Assembly (NCBI RefSeq): GCF_006345805.1
Contig: NW_021826111.1
Span: 1 to 13,606 of the forward strand
Length of the DNA stretch: 13,606 nucleotides
Reading direction: 5' to 3'
Origin: Octopus sinensis
Lineage: Eukaryota
The position numbers and the translations under genes were made by a program. This document shows, piece by piece, positions 1-9,743 of this stretch (positions are counted from its first letter, which is position 1; each line of letters starts with the position of its first letter). The notes below the pieces were generated by a model. It was not told where the DNA came from. It made no database searches and saw only the letters and a program-made list of their open reading frames with translations.

Positions 1-201
1 GTGGTGTATGTGTGTGTGTGTGTTGTGTCTGCGTGTGTGTTTATTCTTGATGTACACTAGTTTGTAAATAATATTGTTTCTTAGACCAAACACACCGTAA
101 AAAAATATATATGCATGTGTGTATGTACGTGAGTACACACAACTTCACACAGTCAAACACGGCTATATATATGTGTGTGTGTGTGTGTATGTATATGTAT
201 G

Positions 202-436
202 TATTTCTTTATTGCCCACAAGGAGCTAAACATAGAGGGGACAAACAAGGACAAACAAAGGGATTAAGTTGATTACATCGACCCCCCCCAGTGCGAAACT
301 GGTACTTTATTTATCGACCCCGAAAGGATGAAGGGTAAAGTCGACCTCGGCGGAATTTGAACTCAGACCGTAACGACAGACGAAATACCGCTAAGCATTT
401 CGTCCGGCGCGCTAACGAGTCTGCCAGCACGCCGCC
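202..436 (-). mobile_element. tRNA-derived SINE (family B), apparently full length
   Basis: The minus strand begins GGCGGCGTGCTGGCAGACTCGTTAG (A-box-like) and has GAGTTCAAATTCC (B-box-like). These are followed by a GC-richer central domain CATCCTTTCGGGGTCGATAAATAAAGTACCAG, which from memory resembles the Meta/MESC-type conserved SINE domain (superfamily tentative). It ends in an A-rich tail in (TATG)n. Confidence 0.8.
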
Positions 437-762
437 TATATGTATATGTATATGTATATACACACACGTACGCAAATGAAATTGCATGTGCGTGCATGTG
501 ACTGCATGAGGGCATAGACAAAACTAATCGATGCTAGGCTGACGACGACGCTGCTAACAATACTGCTTCAAGTAGTCGCTAGTTTTCGGCTTTATTAGTT
601 TCGCTGCTCATGTTTGGCCTTCATCGGTTAAATAACAGGTTTCGCTCATCTCCGTTGAAATACAGCCTGCAGATTAAGTGATTAACTAAGATGAAATACA
701 CATCGACGGAGACGTATCGTTACATGTATGTATACAGAAGTGTATGTATATAGAAGTGTGTG

Positions 763-776
763 CGTATATATATGTA

Positions 777-818
<42 letters not shown>

Positions 819-819
819 G

Positions 820-873
<54 letters not shown>

Positions 874-893
874 TACAGAAGATAGATAATATG

Positions 894-931
<38 letters not shown>

Positions 932-958
932 CATTAGATAGATATATATTTTATCTAT

Positions 959-996
<38 letters not shown>

Positions 997-1020
997 CATA
1001 CATGTAGATAGATATATATC

Positions 1021-1059
<39 letters not shown>

Positions 1060-1070
1060 TATATATATAT
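763..1070. repeat. Compound (TA)n/(GATA)n/(CATA)n microsatellite
   Basis: Directly visible. It explains ORFs 682..930 and 686..1102. Confidence 0.97.
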
Positions 1071-3860
1071 AAACTTAGATAACTTAGATGTGTTTCGACC
1101 AATGATTGTCCAGGCCATGTCTAACTTAATAGCACCACCTGATAGGATTATTTGAATCCTGTTTAAGTCAAGTTTTGCTTATGGTCCATTCAAGTAGTGA
1201 GTTTTTGTTGGGTGAGTTGTATCCAATTATGGGTGGCTTATCTGGTATTCCTTGAAGGAATCTATCCAGACTCCGTTTAAAGTTGATGGCATCCTGTTCC
1301 TCTTTGATCTCTTTTGGGACAATGTTAAATAGGGCAGGGCCTGTTGAGGAAAAGAAATTATGTTGTTGTGTATATGTATGCTGTGATCTTGAATTGGGCA
1401 GCGGACGTATGGCCCGTGGTCCCAGTCTTAGATGAACCTTGAAGCTTATGTTCAGGTCATTTGGGCAAATTTAGCGGTATATTCTCCACATCGTACAAAT
1501 GATGTACCGCTCACGTCGACGCTGGAGAGAGTAGAGTTTCAAGGCTTTAAGGCGATCCCAATAATCGAGAGCAGTCATGCCTTCAATTCGTTTAGTGAGT
1601 GCTCTCTGGGGTGATTCAATCCTCGAGATGTTTTGTCTAGTATGGGGAGACCACAGTGGACAGCAGTATTCGAGGTGTGGCCGTACAAAGGAGGAGAAAA
1701 GTGGTATGATGACACCTTGTTCTCTGGACCGGAAAGTTCTTAAGATCCAGGAACTCATCCTACGAGCTATATCGACCTTCTTGTTGATGTGTGCACTCCA
1801 ACTGAGATCGTCATTAACAATTACACCTAGGTCTCTGATGTTGATAGATGCTGTGAGCGGTTCCCCTGAAGGAAGAGAGTATGGCTGTTTTAGTGAGGAA
1901 TTTCTTCCAAAATGCATCAGCTCAAATTTTCCCTCGTTCAGTTGCATTTTGTTTCTGTCTGCCCATTGACTCACAGCATATAGATCAGACTGGAGTTGAG
2001 TTCGGTCTGCTTCTTCATTGACGATTTGCTGGAGCTTGGTGTCATCAGCAAATATTTTCACTTTGCAGTAATGTACGACACTGGAAAGGTCGTTTATGTA
2101 GATTATGAAGAGTAGCGGACCCAAGACAGTCCCCTGGGGGACACCGCTGGTGACTTTTGCTGGGCTTGAGTGGACTCCATCAACTACAACATGTTGTGTT
2201 CTATTCGCCAGGAAATACTTGATCCAGTGTAGAACTTTTCCACGGATTCCAACATTTGCCATTTTGAGAGTATTATGGTCTACCCTGTCGAACGCTTTAC
2301 TGAAGTCAAGATATATGACATCAGAGTTCGAACCTGTTCCCAAGGCTTTGAGTACATCTTCAATGTGGTGTAAGAGCTGTGTTAGACAGTCCCTGCCACA
2401 GCGAAAGCCATGCTGATTTGCATTTAGGAGTTTCGGGTCTCCAGGAAGTCAGCTATCCTTGATCTTAACACTCTTTCAAACACTTTGATGATGTGGGAGG
2501 TGAGTGAGATTGGGCGATAGTTGAGTGCGAGGGATCTGTTTCCCTGTTTGAAAACCGGGATGACTGACTGGGATAGAAACTGTTTCGGTATATAACCTGC
2601 ATCTAACGAATTTCTCCAGAGGTTGGTCAGAGGGACTGCAAGTTGGTGTCTACATTCCTTCAGGAGACTAGCGGGGAATCTATCAGGGCCTACAGCAGAG
2701 TAGTATTTGACCTCATTTATTGCTGCTATGATGTCAGTGGCAGTGAAGGTTATGTCCGAGATTTTATGTTGAGAGTCAACTTCGTTCGCTTCTCTAACGT
2801 CAATATCAGTGGGAACACTAAAGACAGAGCAGTATTGTTTCTGCAGTATTTCTGCCATTTCTTTAGCATCGTGTTGGGGAATGCCGTTATCATCAATCAA
2901 TGGCCCAATGGGTGAGACAGTGGTTCTATGCTTATTTGCATAGGAATAGAACACTTTTGGGTTCTGTTTGATGTTTTTGATTACCCACTGTTCCTCCGCA
3001 GCTCTTTGATTTTCAATGGAGGTTTTCATGTCGTTCTGCAGATGAAGTTTTTCCAGCTCTAGCCTTTTCATTGTTGTTGAATGTGGATGTTGTATGTGGG
3101 AATATTTTAATTGGTTGATTTTTTTGTTGAGTCTTTTGATGCGCCTGATGAGTGTTTTTTTCTTTTTAGGGAGCCAATTTCTGTTTGTGTTAGTAGATTT
3201 CGTGGGAGCGTGTTTAGAGCATGTATATGTGACAATGTTTTCAAAGTGCTGCCATGCGGTCTCAATATGGGTGGAATTGAGAGTAAAAGACCAGTCGATG
3301 AAAGACAGATCCTTTCTGATTGCTCCCCAGTCCGCTTTGTGGAAGTTTATGTTATCAAATGAGTGCCATGGAGTGGGATTGGCTGGTTTGGTTTTTATAT
3401 GTCGGGAATTGAAATTGCAGAGTACCATGTCGTGGTCTGAGAGGAGAGTTTTTTCAACTGAAATACTGTGAATGAAGCTAGAGTGATTGGTCAATACCAG
3501 ATCCAAGATCGTTTTATTCTGTTTCGTTGATTCGAGTACTAGCTGAGTCAGGAAGTATTCATCCATTAGATTAGAGAGCAGTTCTGCTGCTGCTCTATCT
3601 GATGTAGAGCATTTGCCTAACTTCAGAGTATTTGTGGGCCAGTTCACATGAGGGAGGTTAAAAATCACCCATTACTAGTATGTTTCCGGAGTGGTAATTC
3701 CGAAGGAGGGACTTGATTTTGCTAAGGCACTCTTCAAAGCACTTTAGAGGTGCTTGGAGAGGCCTATAAAGACCAGCAATGATTATGTCCTTGGCCTTGC
3801 TGAATAGTGATACAGATTCACAATAGCCATTGCAAAATATGTCCTTGGCATCAAGTGAGA
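1071..3860 (-). mobile_element. Non-LTR retrotransposon (LINE), CR1/L2 group, most likely CR1 clade; 5'-truncated, 3' end intact
   Basis: It carries the ORF2 C-terminal half of an AP endonuclease plus RT. A ~95 nt 3' UTR ends in a tandem 9-mer (ATCTAAGTT)x2 (plus strand 1072-1080 and 1081-1089), preceded by a weak GGCC...GGTCGAAAC stem; short terminal tandem repeats are typical of CR1. There is no ORF1; the 5' end stops inside the endonuclease. Confidence 0.93.
1168..3860 (-). pseudogene. Disrupted LINE ORF2 (APE endonuclease C-terminal half + reverse transcriptase)
   Basis: Endonuclease motifs GLYRP, VMGDFN-LPHVNW, LDLVLTN and SDH. RT motifs YRPISLTS, NQHGFR, YLDFSKAFDRVDH, SGVPQGTVLGPLLF, FADD, RDLGV and RPHLEYC. 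Manual translation shows a +1 in the A5 run at 3660-3664 (GDF|N), a -1 near 2431-2435 (ETR|KLLNANQHGFR) and an in-frame TAA at 1471-1473. After that stop the frame continues ICPNDLNISF...FKRSLDRFLQGIPDKPPIIGYNSPNKNSLLEWTISKT to the natural TGA at 1168-1170. Confidence 0.93.
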
Positions 3861-3910
3861 CATACATACATGTAGATATATATATCTATCTATGTATATA
3901 TATATAAATG

Positions 3911-3971
<61 letters not shown>
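3861..3971. repeat. (CATA)/(TA)n/(CA)n compound microsatellite
   Basis: Directly visible; it flanks the LINE 5' junction. Confidence 0.95.
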
Positions 3972-3972
<1 letters not shown>

Positions 3973-4347
3973 AGGTGCAGGAGTGGCTGTGTGGTAAGTA
4001 GCTTCAGTCCCACTGCGTGGCACCTTGGGCGAGTGTCTTCTACTATAGTCTCTGCCCGACCAAAGCCTTGTGAGAGGATTTGGTAGAGGGAAACTGAAAA
4101 GAAGCCCGTTGTATATGTATTTATATATTTATGTATGTGTGTGTATGTGTTTGTGTGTCTGTGTTTGTCTCACCAACATTGATTGACAACCGATGCTGGT
4201 GTGTTTATGTTCCGTAACTTAGTGGTTCGGCAAAAAGACCGATACAATAAGTACTAGGCTTACAAAGAATAAGCGCTGGTGTAGATTTGCTCGACTAATG
4301 GCACTGCTCTAGCATGGCCGCAGTCAAATGACTGAAGCAAGTAAAAA
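3973..4347 (+). mobile_element. tRNA-derived CORE-type SINE (family A), near full length with a deletion in the head
   Basis: Head GGTGCAGGAGTGGCTGTGTGG, CORE-like CACCTTGGGCGAGTGTCTT, internal (TA)/(TG) linker and 3' part ending GCATGGCCGCAGTCAAATGACTGAAGCAAGTAAAAA. It aligns with the copies at 6392-6905 and 12628-13030. About 26 nt of the head are missing at ~4004. Confidence 0.92.
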
Positions 4348-4492
4348 CATCAAAAAAATACACACACACACACACACACAAATATATATGTATATATGTG
4401 TGCGTATTAGTAAGTAAATGCACGGAAAACTAGTTATATAGAAATATAAAGAGACAGACAGACAGACAGACAGAAAGTGAAAGGAAGATATA

Positions 4493-4520
4493 CACGATGT
4501 TGTGCTGAAAAGTTCTTAGC
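4493..4520 (+). mobile_element. Possible isolated mariner TIR fragment
   Basis: CACGATGTTGTGCTGAAAAGTTCTTAGC resembles the MITE TIR at 11666-11686 (TGAAAAGTTCCTGGC). Only 10 nt match exactly and no partner TIR was found. Confidence 0.35.
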
Positions 4521-4539
4521 ACCTCCCGCGCGCGCGCAT

Positions 4540-4665
4540 TCTACGACAGGCTTCGACACAGTCCAATTGGCCGGGGACTATAGAAGATGGTTGCCCAAGT
4601 GTTGTGGTAACGAACCCGAAATCACATGATTGCAAAGCGAGCTTTTAACCCGTCAGCCATGACCC
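4540..4665 (-). mobile_element. 5' half of a diverged CORE-type SINE (subfamily related to family A)
   Basis: The minus strand reads GTCATGGCTGACGGGTTAAAAGCTCGCTTTGCAATCATGTGATTTCGGGTTCG (A/B-box-like), then CACTTGGGCAA (CORE-like) and ACTGTGTCGAAGCCTGTCGTA, matching the end of the family A 5' half. Confidence 0.7.
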
Positions 4666-5180
4666 ATATGTATATATATATATATCAATACATATGCATA
4701 CATGCTCTATATATGTATGTATATATATATATTATATATATATATATATTATATATATATGCATATATGTAATGCGTACATATATATATATACATACATG
4801 TATCCATATAATATATATATTATATATAATACATATAGATAGATATGTATAGATAAATACACACACACATATATATATGTACATACATTCATATATAAAT
4901 ACACACACACATATATATATATATATATACACATACATTTATATATGTGTACATACATATGTATATGTATTTATATACTTCTCCATCAATCTTTTCTGCC
5001 GCTCATCTGGTTCCCCCCACTCCTTCCTCTCCCCCACATCTCTCTCCCTGCTTCTTTCTCTTTCTTCTTTTCTCTTCTCTATCTCTTAATTTTTTTTATT
5101 TCTTTTGCCTGTTTATCTAAATAATCGGATCAATTTGTCCATCCAAACGATAAATTCTTTTATCTTCGTCACTGATACAG

Positions 5181-5418
5181 ACATCATCGTCATCATCATC
5201 ATCATTGCCGTCATCATCATCATCACCATCATCATCATCGTCATCATCGTCGTCGTCATCATCATCGTCATCATTATCATCATCATCATCATCATCATCA
5301 CCATCATCATCACCAGCAATATTATCACCACCATCGTCGTCGTCGTCGTCGTTGTCGTTGTCGCAGCCGTCACCGCCGTCATTGTCGTCATCGCCGTCGT
5401 CATCATCATCATCATCAT
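5181..5418. repeat. Imperfect (ATC)n/(GTC)n trinucleotide microsatellite
   Basis: Directly visible. It generates the poly-I/V, poly-S and poly-M/T ORFs at 5105-5452. Confidence 0.97.
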
Positions 5419-5996
5419 CTTTATACCATTATCACGAAATATGATTCGGTGATGTTCATGCGTTCCTACATGCTGCTATGTCTACCATTGATGTGAAGTT
5501 TGAAATTAAAGAGCCGCAACGTAGAATGGAAACCGGATAAGCGTTAACTACCTGTCACGGATATACATCATGTTTCAATCACATTCTGGCACTCTCTGCC
5601 AGGCTCTGGCACGGCAGAAGTTTGGACATATAGAGAGTGGGGAGGAAGTGGTTTGGCGATTTAATGTAGGTGGTGGTGGTGGTGGCGAGTGTGGATATAG
5701 TGTAGCATTTGTCACGTCTTTTATAAGAACATCACCGACCGATTTCATTTGAATAATCGATAGACAATGTGTTAGTAGATGATTATTGTTTGTTTTCAGT
5801 AATATTGTTGTACTTTAAAGTACAGTTGTCTGGATTACTGAGTGGATACGGTAGAAAGTCCATAAATATGTGTATCTATCTGGTCTCTCAGCGTGCAAGA
5901 AAGAGCGGTGACCTCCTCCTCAATTCACATACGATGTATAGCACCCGTGCCGGTTAAATCTTATAGAAAATTAAATTTTATTATTTATAGTAGGCC

Positions 5997-6127
5997 GGGC
6001 TTCTTCCAGTTTCCGTCAACCAGATGTCCCACCCCACCACCACCACAAGGTGCCACGCAATGGGACTGAACCCAGGACCATTCCAGGTGACTGGGAAGCA
6101 AACTTTTACCACACAGCTAAGCCTGCA
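5997..6127 (-). mobile_element. Family A SINE, 5' half only, with internal deletion and (TGG)n expansion
   Basis: Minus strand GCAGGCTTAGCTGTGTGG...GGTTCAGTCCCATTGCGTGGCACCTTG...GACGGAAACTGGAAGAAGCCC. No matching 3' half was found downstream. Confidence 0.85.
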
Positions 6128-6241
6128 ACTATATAAAATACACACGCGCGCACACACACCAACACACATATGTATATACAAACGCATATAAACACACACA
6201 CACATGTATATATATATATATATGTGTACGCATTACATATA

Positions 6242-6287
<46 letters not shown>

Positions 6288-6391
6288 TATATGTATGTAT
6301 GCATATGTATATATATATATATATATACTATGTGTCATGGCTGACGGGTTAAAAGCTCGCTTTGCAATCACGTCTTTTATTCTGTAAAAGC

Positions 6392-6905
6392 GCGCAGGAC
6401 TGGCTGTGTGGTAAGAAGCTTGCTTCCCAACCACATGGTTCCGGGTTCAGTCCATTGCGTGGCATCTTGGGCAGTTGTCTTTTACTATAACCTCGGGCTA
6501 ACCAAAGCCTTGTGAGTAGATTTGGCAGACGGAAACTGAAAGGAGGACGTCGTATAAATATATGAGTAAATGAGTGGAAATTATAAGGCACTAAAAGATA
6601 GTGGCTCTCCCCTAAACAACAAAGTATGCTTCAACACACGAACTCATATAAAGAATCTTGCAAACCAAATTCAAAAACGAAATATATATATATGTACGTA
6701 TTTGTATGTCTGTGCTTGTCCTCCCACCATCATCGCTTGACAAGCGATGATGTGTTTACCTCCCCATAACGTAGCGGTTTGGCAAAAGAGACCGATAGAA
6801 TAAGTACTAGACTTACAAAGAATAAGTCCTGGAGTCGATTTGCTCGACTAAAGACGGTGCTCCAGCATAGCCGCAGTCAAATGACTGAAACAATTAAATG
6901 AATAA
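6392..6905 (+). mobile_element. Family A SINE, full length, with ~116 bp of foreign sequence in its central linker
   Basis: The 5' half (6392-~6555) and 3' half (~6700-6905) both align to 12628-13030. Positions 6564-6679 have no counterpart in the other copies. Confidence 0.92.
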
Positions 6906-6914
6906 AAAAATAAA

Positions 6915-6936
6915 GATATGTATATGTATGTATGTT

Positions 6937-6978
<42 letters not shown>

Positions 6979-7062
6979 ACATATATTATATTACACATAT
7001 ACACATACATAATCATATATATATGTGTATGTATATATATAATATGTATACATACATACATA

Positions 7063-7154
<92 letters not shown>

Positions 7155-7210
7155 CATATGCATGTGCCAATGTGTGTGCGTGCGTATATATGAATTTGCG
7201 TGTCAGTGTA
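6915..7210. repeat. Compound (TA)n/(TACA)n microsatellite
   Basis: Directly visible. Confidence 0.96.
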
Positions 7211-7530
7211 ATTGTGTTCGTATATATGTCCCCACCTGCCAACTTTCGTCGGCCTGATTACTTTATCCTGGCAAATCTTTCATTTTCACCGCACTACTAC
7301 AACCTCATGACCCTTCAGAAGTTATAGAGTTGTTATTGTAGTTGCTTAGACAAAGAACGAAGACATACCAACTGTGGCCATCACGCTTTGTTGAGACATT
7401 TGTAACTACATTATCCATTTTGTCGTATATTTTTCATGTCAATAAAGTGAGTTCTGAAGGATATTTATTTGTCTGCTATGATTACTTAGTCCAGCGACAA
7501 TGTAGGGATTTACTCACTGTTTCAAATATA

Positions 7531-7917
7531 AAAAGAGCACCCAGAAAGCGCAAATCTCCGTCAAGGCAATACCAACGCCCTCTCAACGATTAGCCGGAGA
7601 TGATTTTGTAAAATGAGAATATCAGAAATAAACTCGACTGCTCTTACCAACAAGAATACTAAAAATGAACTCCACCGCTCCCAAAAATAAAGTAAAAACA
7701 AAAATAAATAAATAACGGAAAAATAATCCAGAAACCTTGTCCGGTACCAGATCGACCCCAAAATCTAACCAGCTCGTGCCTGTCACGAGACCAAACATCC
7801 TTGAAAGTTTCATCCGAATCCATCCAGCGGTTCTTGAGATATCTTGTCCACGGACAAACTAACAAGCAAACGCGACCGAAAACAATACTTCAGCCTTCAC
7901 TAAGGCGGAGGTAATAA
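7531..7917 (-). mobile_element. Non-autonomous Helentron-type rolling-circle element (HINE/DINE-1-like), ~390 bp
   Basis: The minus strand starts TTATT, then an 11-bp stem-loop (plus ACTTCAGCCTT-CACT-AAGGCGGAGGT, 7887-7912) and a decayed (GTTT)n tract. At the other end are a subterminal copy of the stem arm (ATCTCCGTC, 7554-7562) and a small terminal stem-loop (GCACCC-AGA-AAGCGC, 7537-7551) before a T run. This subTIR/IR/microsatellite/subTIR/stem-loop layout is the established HINE architecture. Confidence 0.75.
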
Positions 7918-8219
7918 TGTAAAGATTGCAGAATAAGCGACAATATTTTCCACTTTGATGGTGTTGATTTAGTCGGATTTTTAGGTTTTCTGTTCCTGTT
8001 GAGAGAGGTCCGTGACCATGTTTATTTTATGCTATTAATACTCACGAGATTTTTACTTCCATCGCATTGAACTTTCGGAAGTTAGTCGCTGAGTTCTTTT
8101 CTATTGTAAATGTTGCTTTCCACTTCACAAACAGCGCTGAGTATAACATCAAATGACGTTACATCTATCTGTGTGAACGTGTGTATACATGTACACATGC
8201 ATGTGCCTTTGTATGCATG

Positions 8220-8239
8220 TAAATCTATATATATGTACA

Positions 8240-8276
<37 letters not shown>

Positions 8277-8465
8277 GTGTGTGTGTATATACACACACAC
8301 AAGCACATACGCACACATACATATATACACATTTATAAATAAATGTATATGATGAATTACTAGGACAGCTAAGATGAAACATACAATATATACACACACA
8401 CACACACTACACAGACACGTACGCACACGCACACACCCACATACACACTCACATAAATAAATAAC

Positions 8466-8560
<95 letters not shown>

Positions 8561-8654
8561 AAGAAAGAAAGAGAGAGATAAATAGATAGATTACATATAC
8601 ATATACATACACACTTATATGTATGTATATTATATATTTGTATGTATGTGTATG

Positions 8655-8689
<35 letters not shown>

Positions 8690-8720
8690 GCTTATTTACA
8701 TACATATATGTATGCATACA
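8220..8720. repeat. Compound (GT)n/(CA)n/(TA)n/(GA)n/(TATG)n microsatellite cluster
   Basis: Directly visible; it explains ORF 8082..8717. Confidence 0.96.
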
Positions 8721-9289
8721 TCGTTAATTATCTAATTACCTAATTATTGTATAACAGAAAAATAATTAATTTGGCGAAAGTTATCTCAGTTTTAATTGAT
8801 TAGGACGCGTATGAGATATGTAAACGAATTTTGGTAGGTTAAGAAAACCATGTGCTTTCTATTCAACTTTCTGAAAAGTTGAAAGTGTAAAGGTTAAAAG
8901 GTGAATTAATAAATCGATTTTCTCTAATAAGGATTTAACGCAGCTGATTCTCACTTCCGGTAAATTTTCAAAATGGCCGTCACACACAAAGCCTCTCATC
9001 TCACACTATCACTTTTTATTCTAACCTTCTTTCTCTTCAGCTATTTCTCTCCTTTCCCTTTTTTCTAGTTTCCTCCTCACATCCTCTTGCCTTTCTCATT
9101 TGAATTTCATTGAGATGTTTTGAAGTACTTACTTTCTGTTCCTGCAATAGCCCCTTTCACCACCTAACCCCCTCCGAACTCTTTTCTTTCCCTACCTATT
9201 GCGGCATTTTTTTCTTTACATAAGTCTCCCCATTACATAACTCTCTTGATCATCTCTCGTTGCTCTATCCCTTTATATGCTTTTTCCTT

Positions 9290-9299
9290 ATATATAGAG

Positions 9300-9336
<37 letters not shown>

Positions 9337-9374
9337 TACACACACACATATATATACATACATGCATACACACG

Positions 9375-9415
<41 letters not shown>

Positions 9416-9440
9416 CACACCACACACATATATATATATG
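9290..9440. repeat. (GATA)/(GA)n/(CA)n/(TA)n microsatellite
   Basis: Directly visible. Confidence 0.95.
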
Positions 9441-9665
9441 TTTATTTGCTTATTTGTTTTAGTCATTTGACTGTGGCCATGCTGGAGTACTGCCTTGAAG
9501 GATTTTTAGTTTAGCAAATCGACCCCAGAATTTATTCTTTAAGTATGCTACTTATTATATCGGTCTTTTTGCCGAACCGCTTGGTTCCGGGGCAGGTAAA
9601 AAACATGAACACAGGTAGTCCAGTGATGATGGCGATGGGTGGCAAACACAGACACAAAGACACAC
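9441..9665 (-). mobile_element. Family A SINE 3' half (partner of 10897-11046; split by the Helitron)
   Basis: Plus strand AGTCATTTGACTGTGGCCATGCTGGAG...CAAATCGACCCCAG...TTTTGCCGAACCGC...AAACACAGACAC aligns with 12650-12845. Confidence 0.88.
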
Positions 9666-9743
9666 ACAAGCCTAAATTTCAACTATTATATATACGTAAA
9701 TATAATATATATAATATAGATATATATATATTATAGATATATA

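Larger units (their letters stand above)
4627..6370. repeat. Long inverted repeat: arms ~4627-4801 and ~6202-6370, spacer ~1.4 kb
   Basis: Exact reverse-complement blocks occur in collinear order: 37 bp (4627-4663 vs 6334-6370), 16 bp (4688-4703 vs 6295-6310) and 26 bp (4755-4780 vs 6225-6250). They are separated by (TA)n tracts of differing length. Confidence 0.9.

Noticed and set aside
682-1102. ORFs 682..930 and 686..1102 and the similar YI/HT/CV/RE/LS-repeat ORFs throughout (e.g. 4732-4958, 6894-7257, 8082-8717, 9233-9466, 11423-11766, 13085-13331)
   Set aside because: They are translations of dinucleotide and tetranucleotide microsatellites, which lack stops in some frames; they have no protein-like content.
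1432-3471. Plus-strand ORFs 1432..1614, 1577..1969, 2105..2416, 2643..2915 and 3094..3471
   Set aside because: They are antisense shadows of LINE ORF2, with no independent motifs.
5105-5452. Poly-Ile/Val, poly-Ser and poly-Met/Thr ORFs resembling membrane or low-complexity proteins
   Set aside because: All arise from one (ATC)n/(GTC)n tract, with no flanking coding signal or splice context.
5551-5700. Possible minus-strand exon ending CAG|GTAGTT near 5551
   Set aside because: All three frames contain stops and the splice signals are weak.
5935-5960. GCACCCGTGCCGGTT, resembling a decayed copy of the Helitron hairpin at 9755-9772
   Set aside because: The match is too short and gapped, with no adjacent CTAG or other element features.
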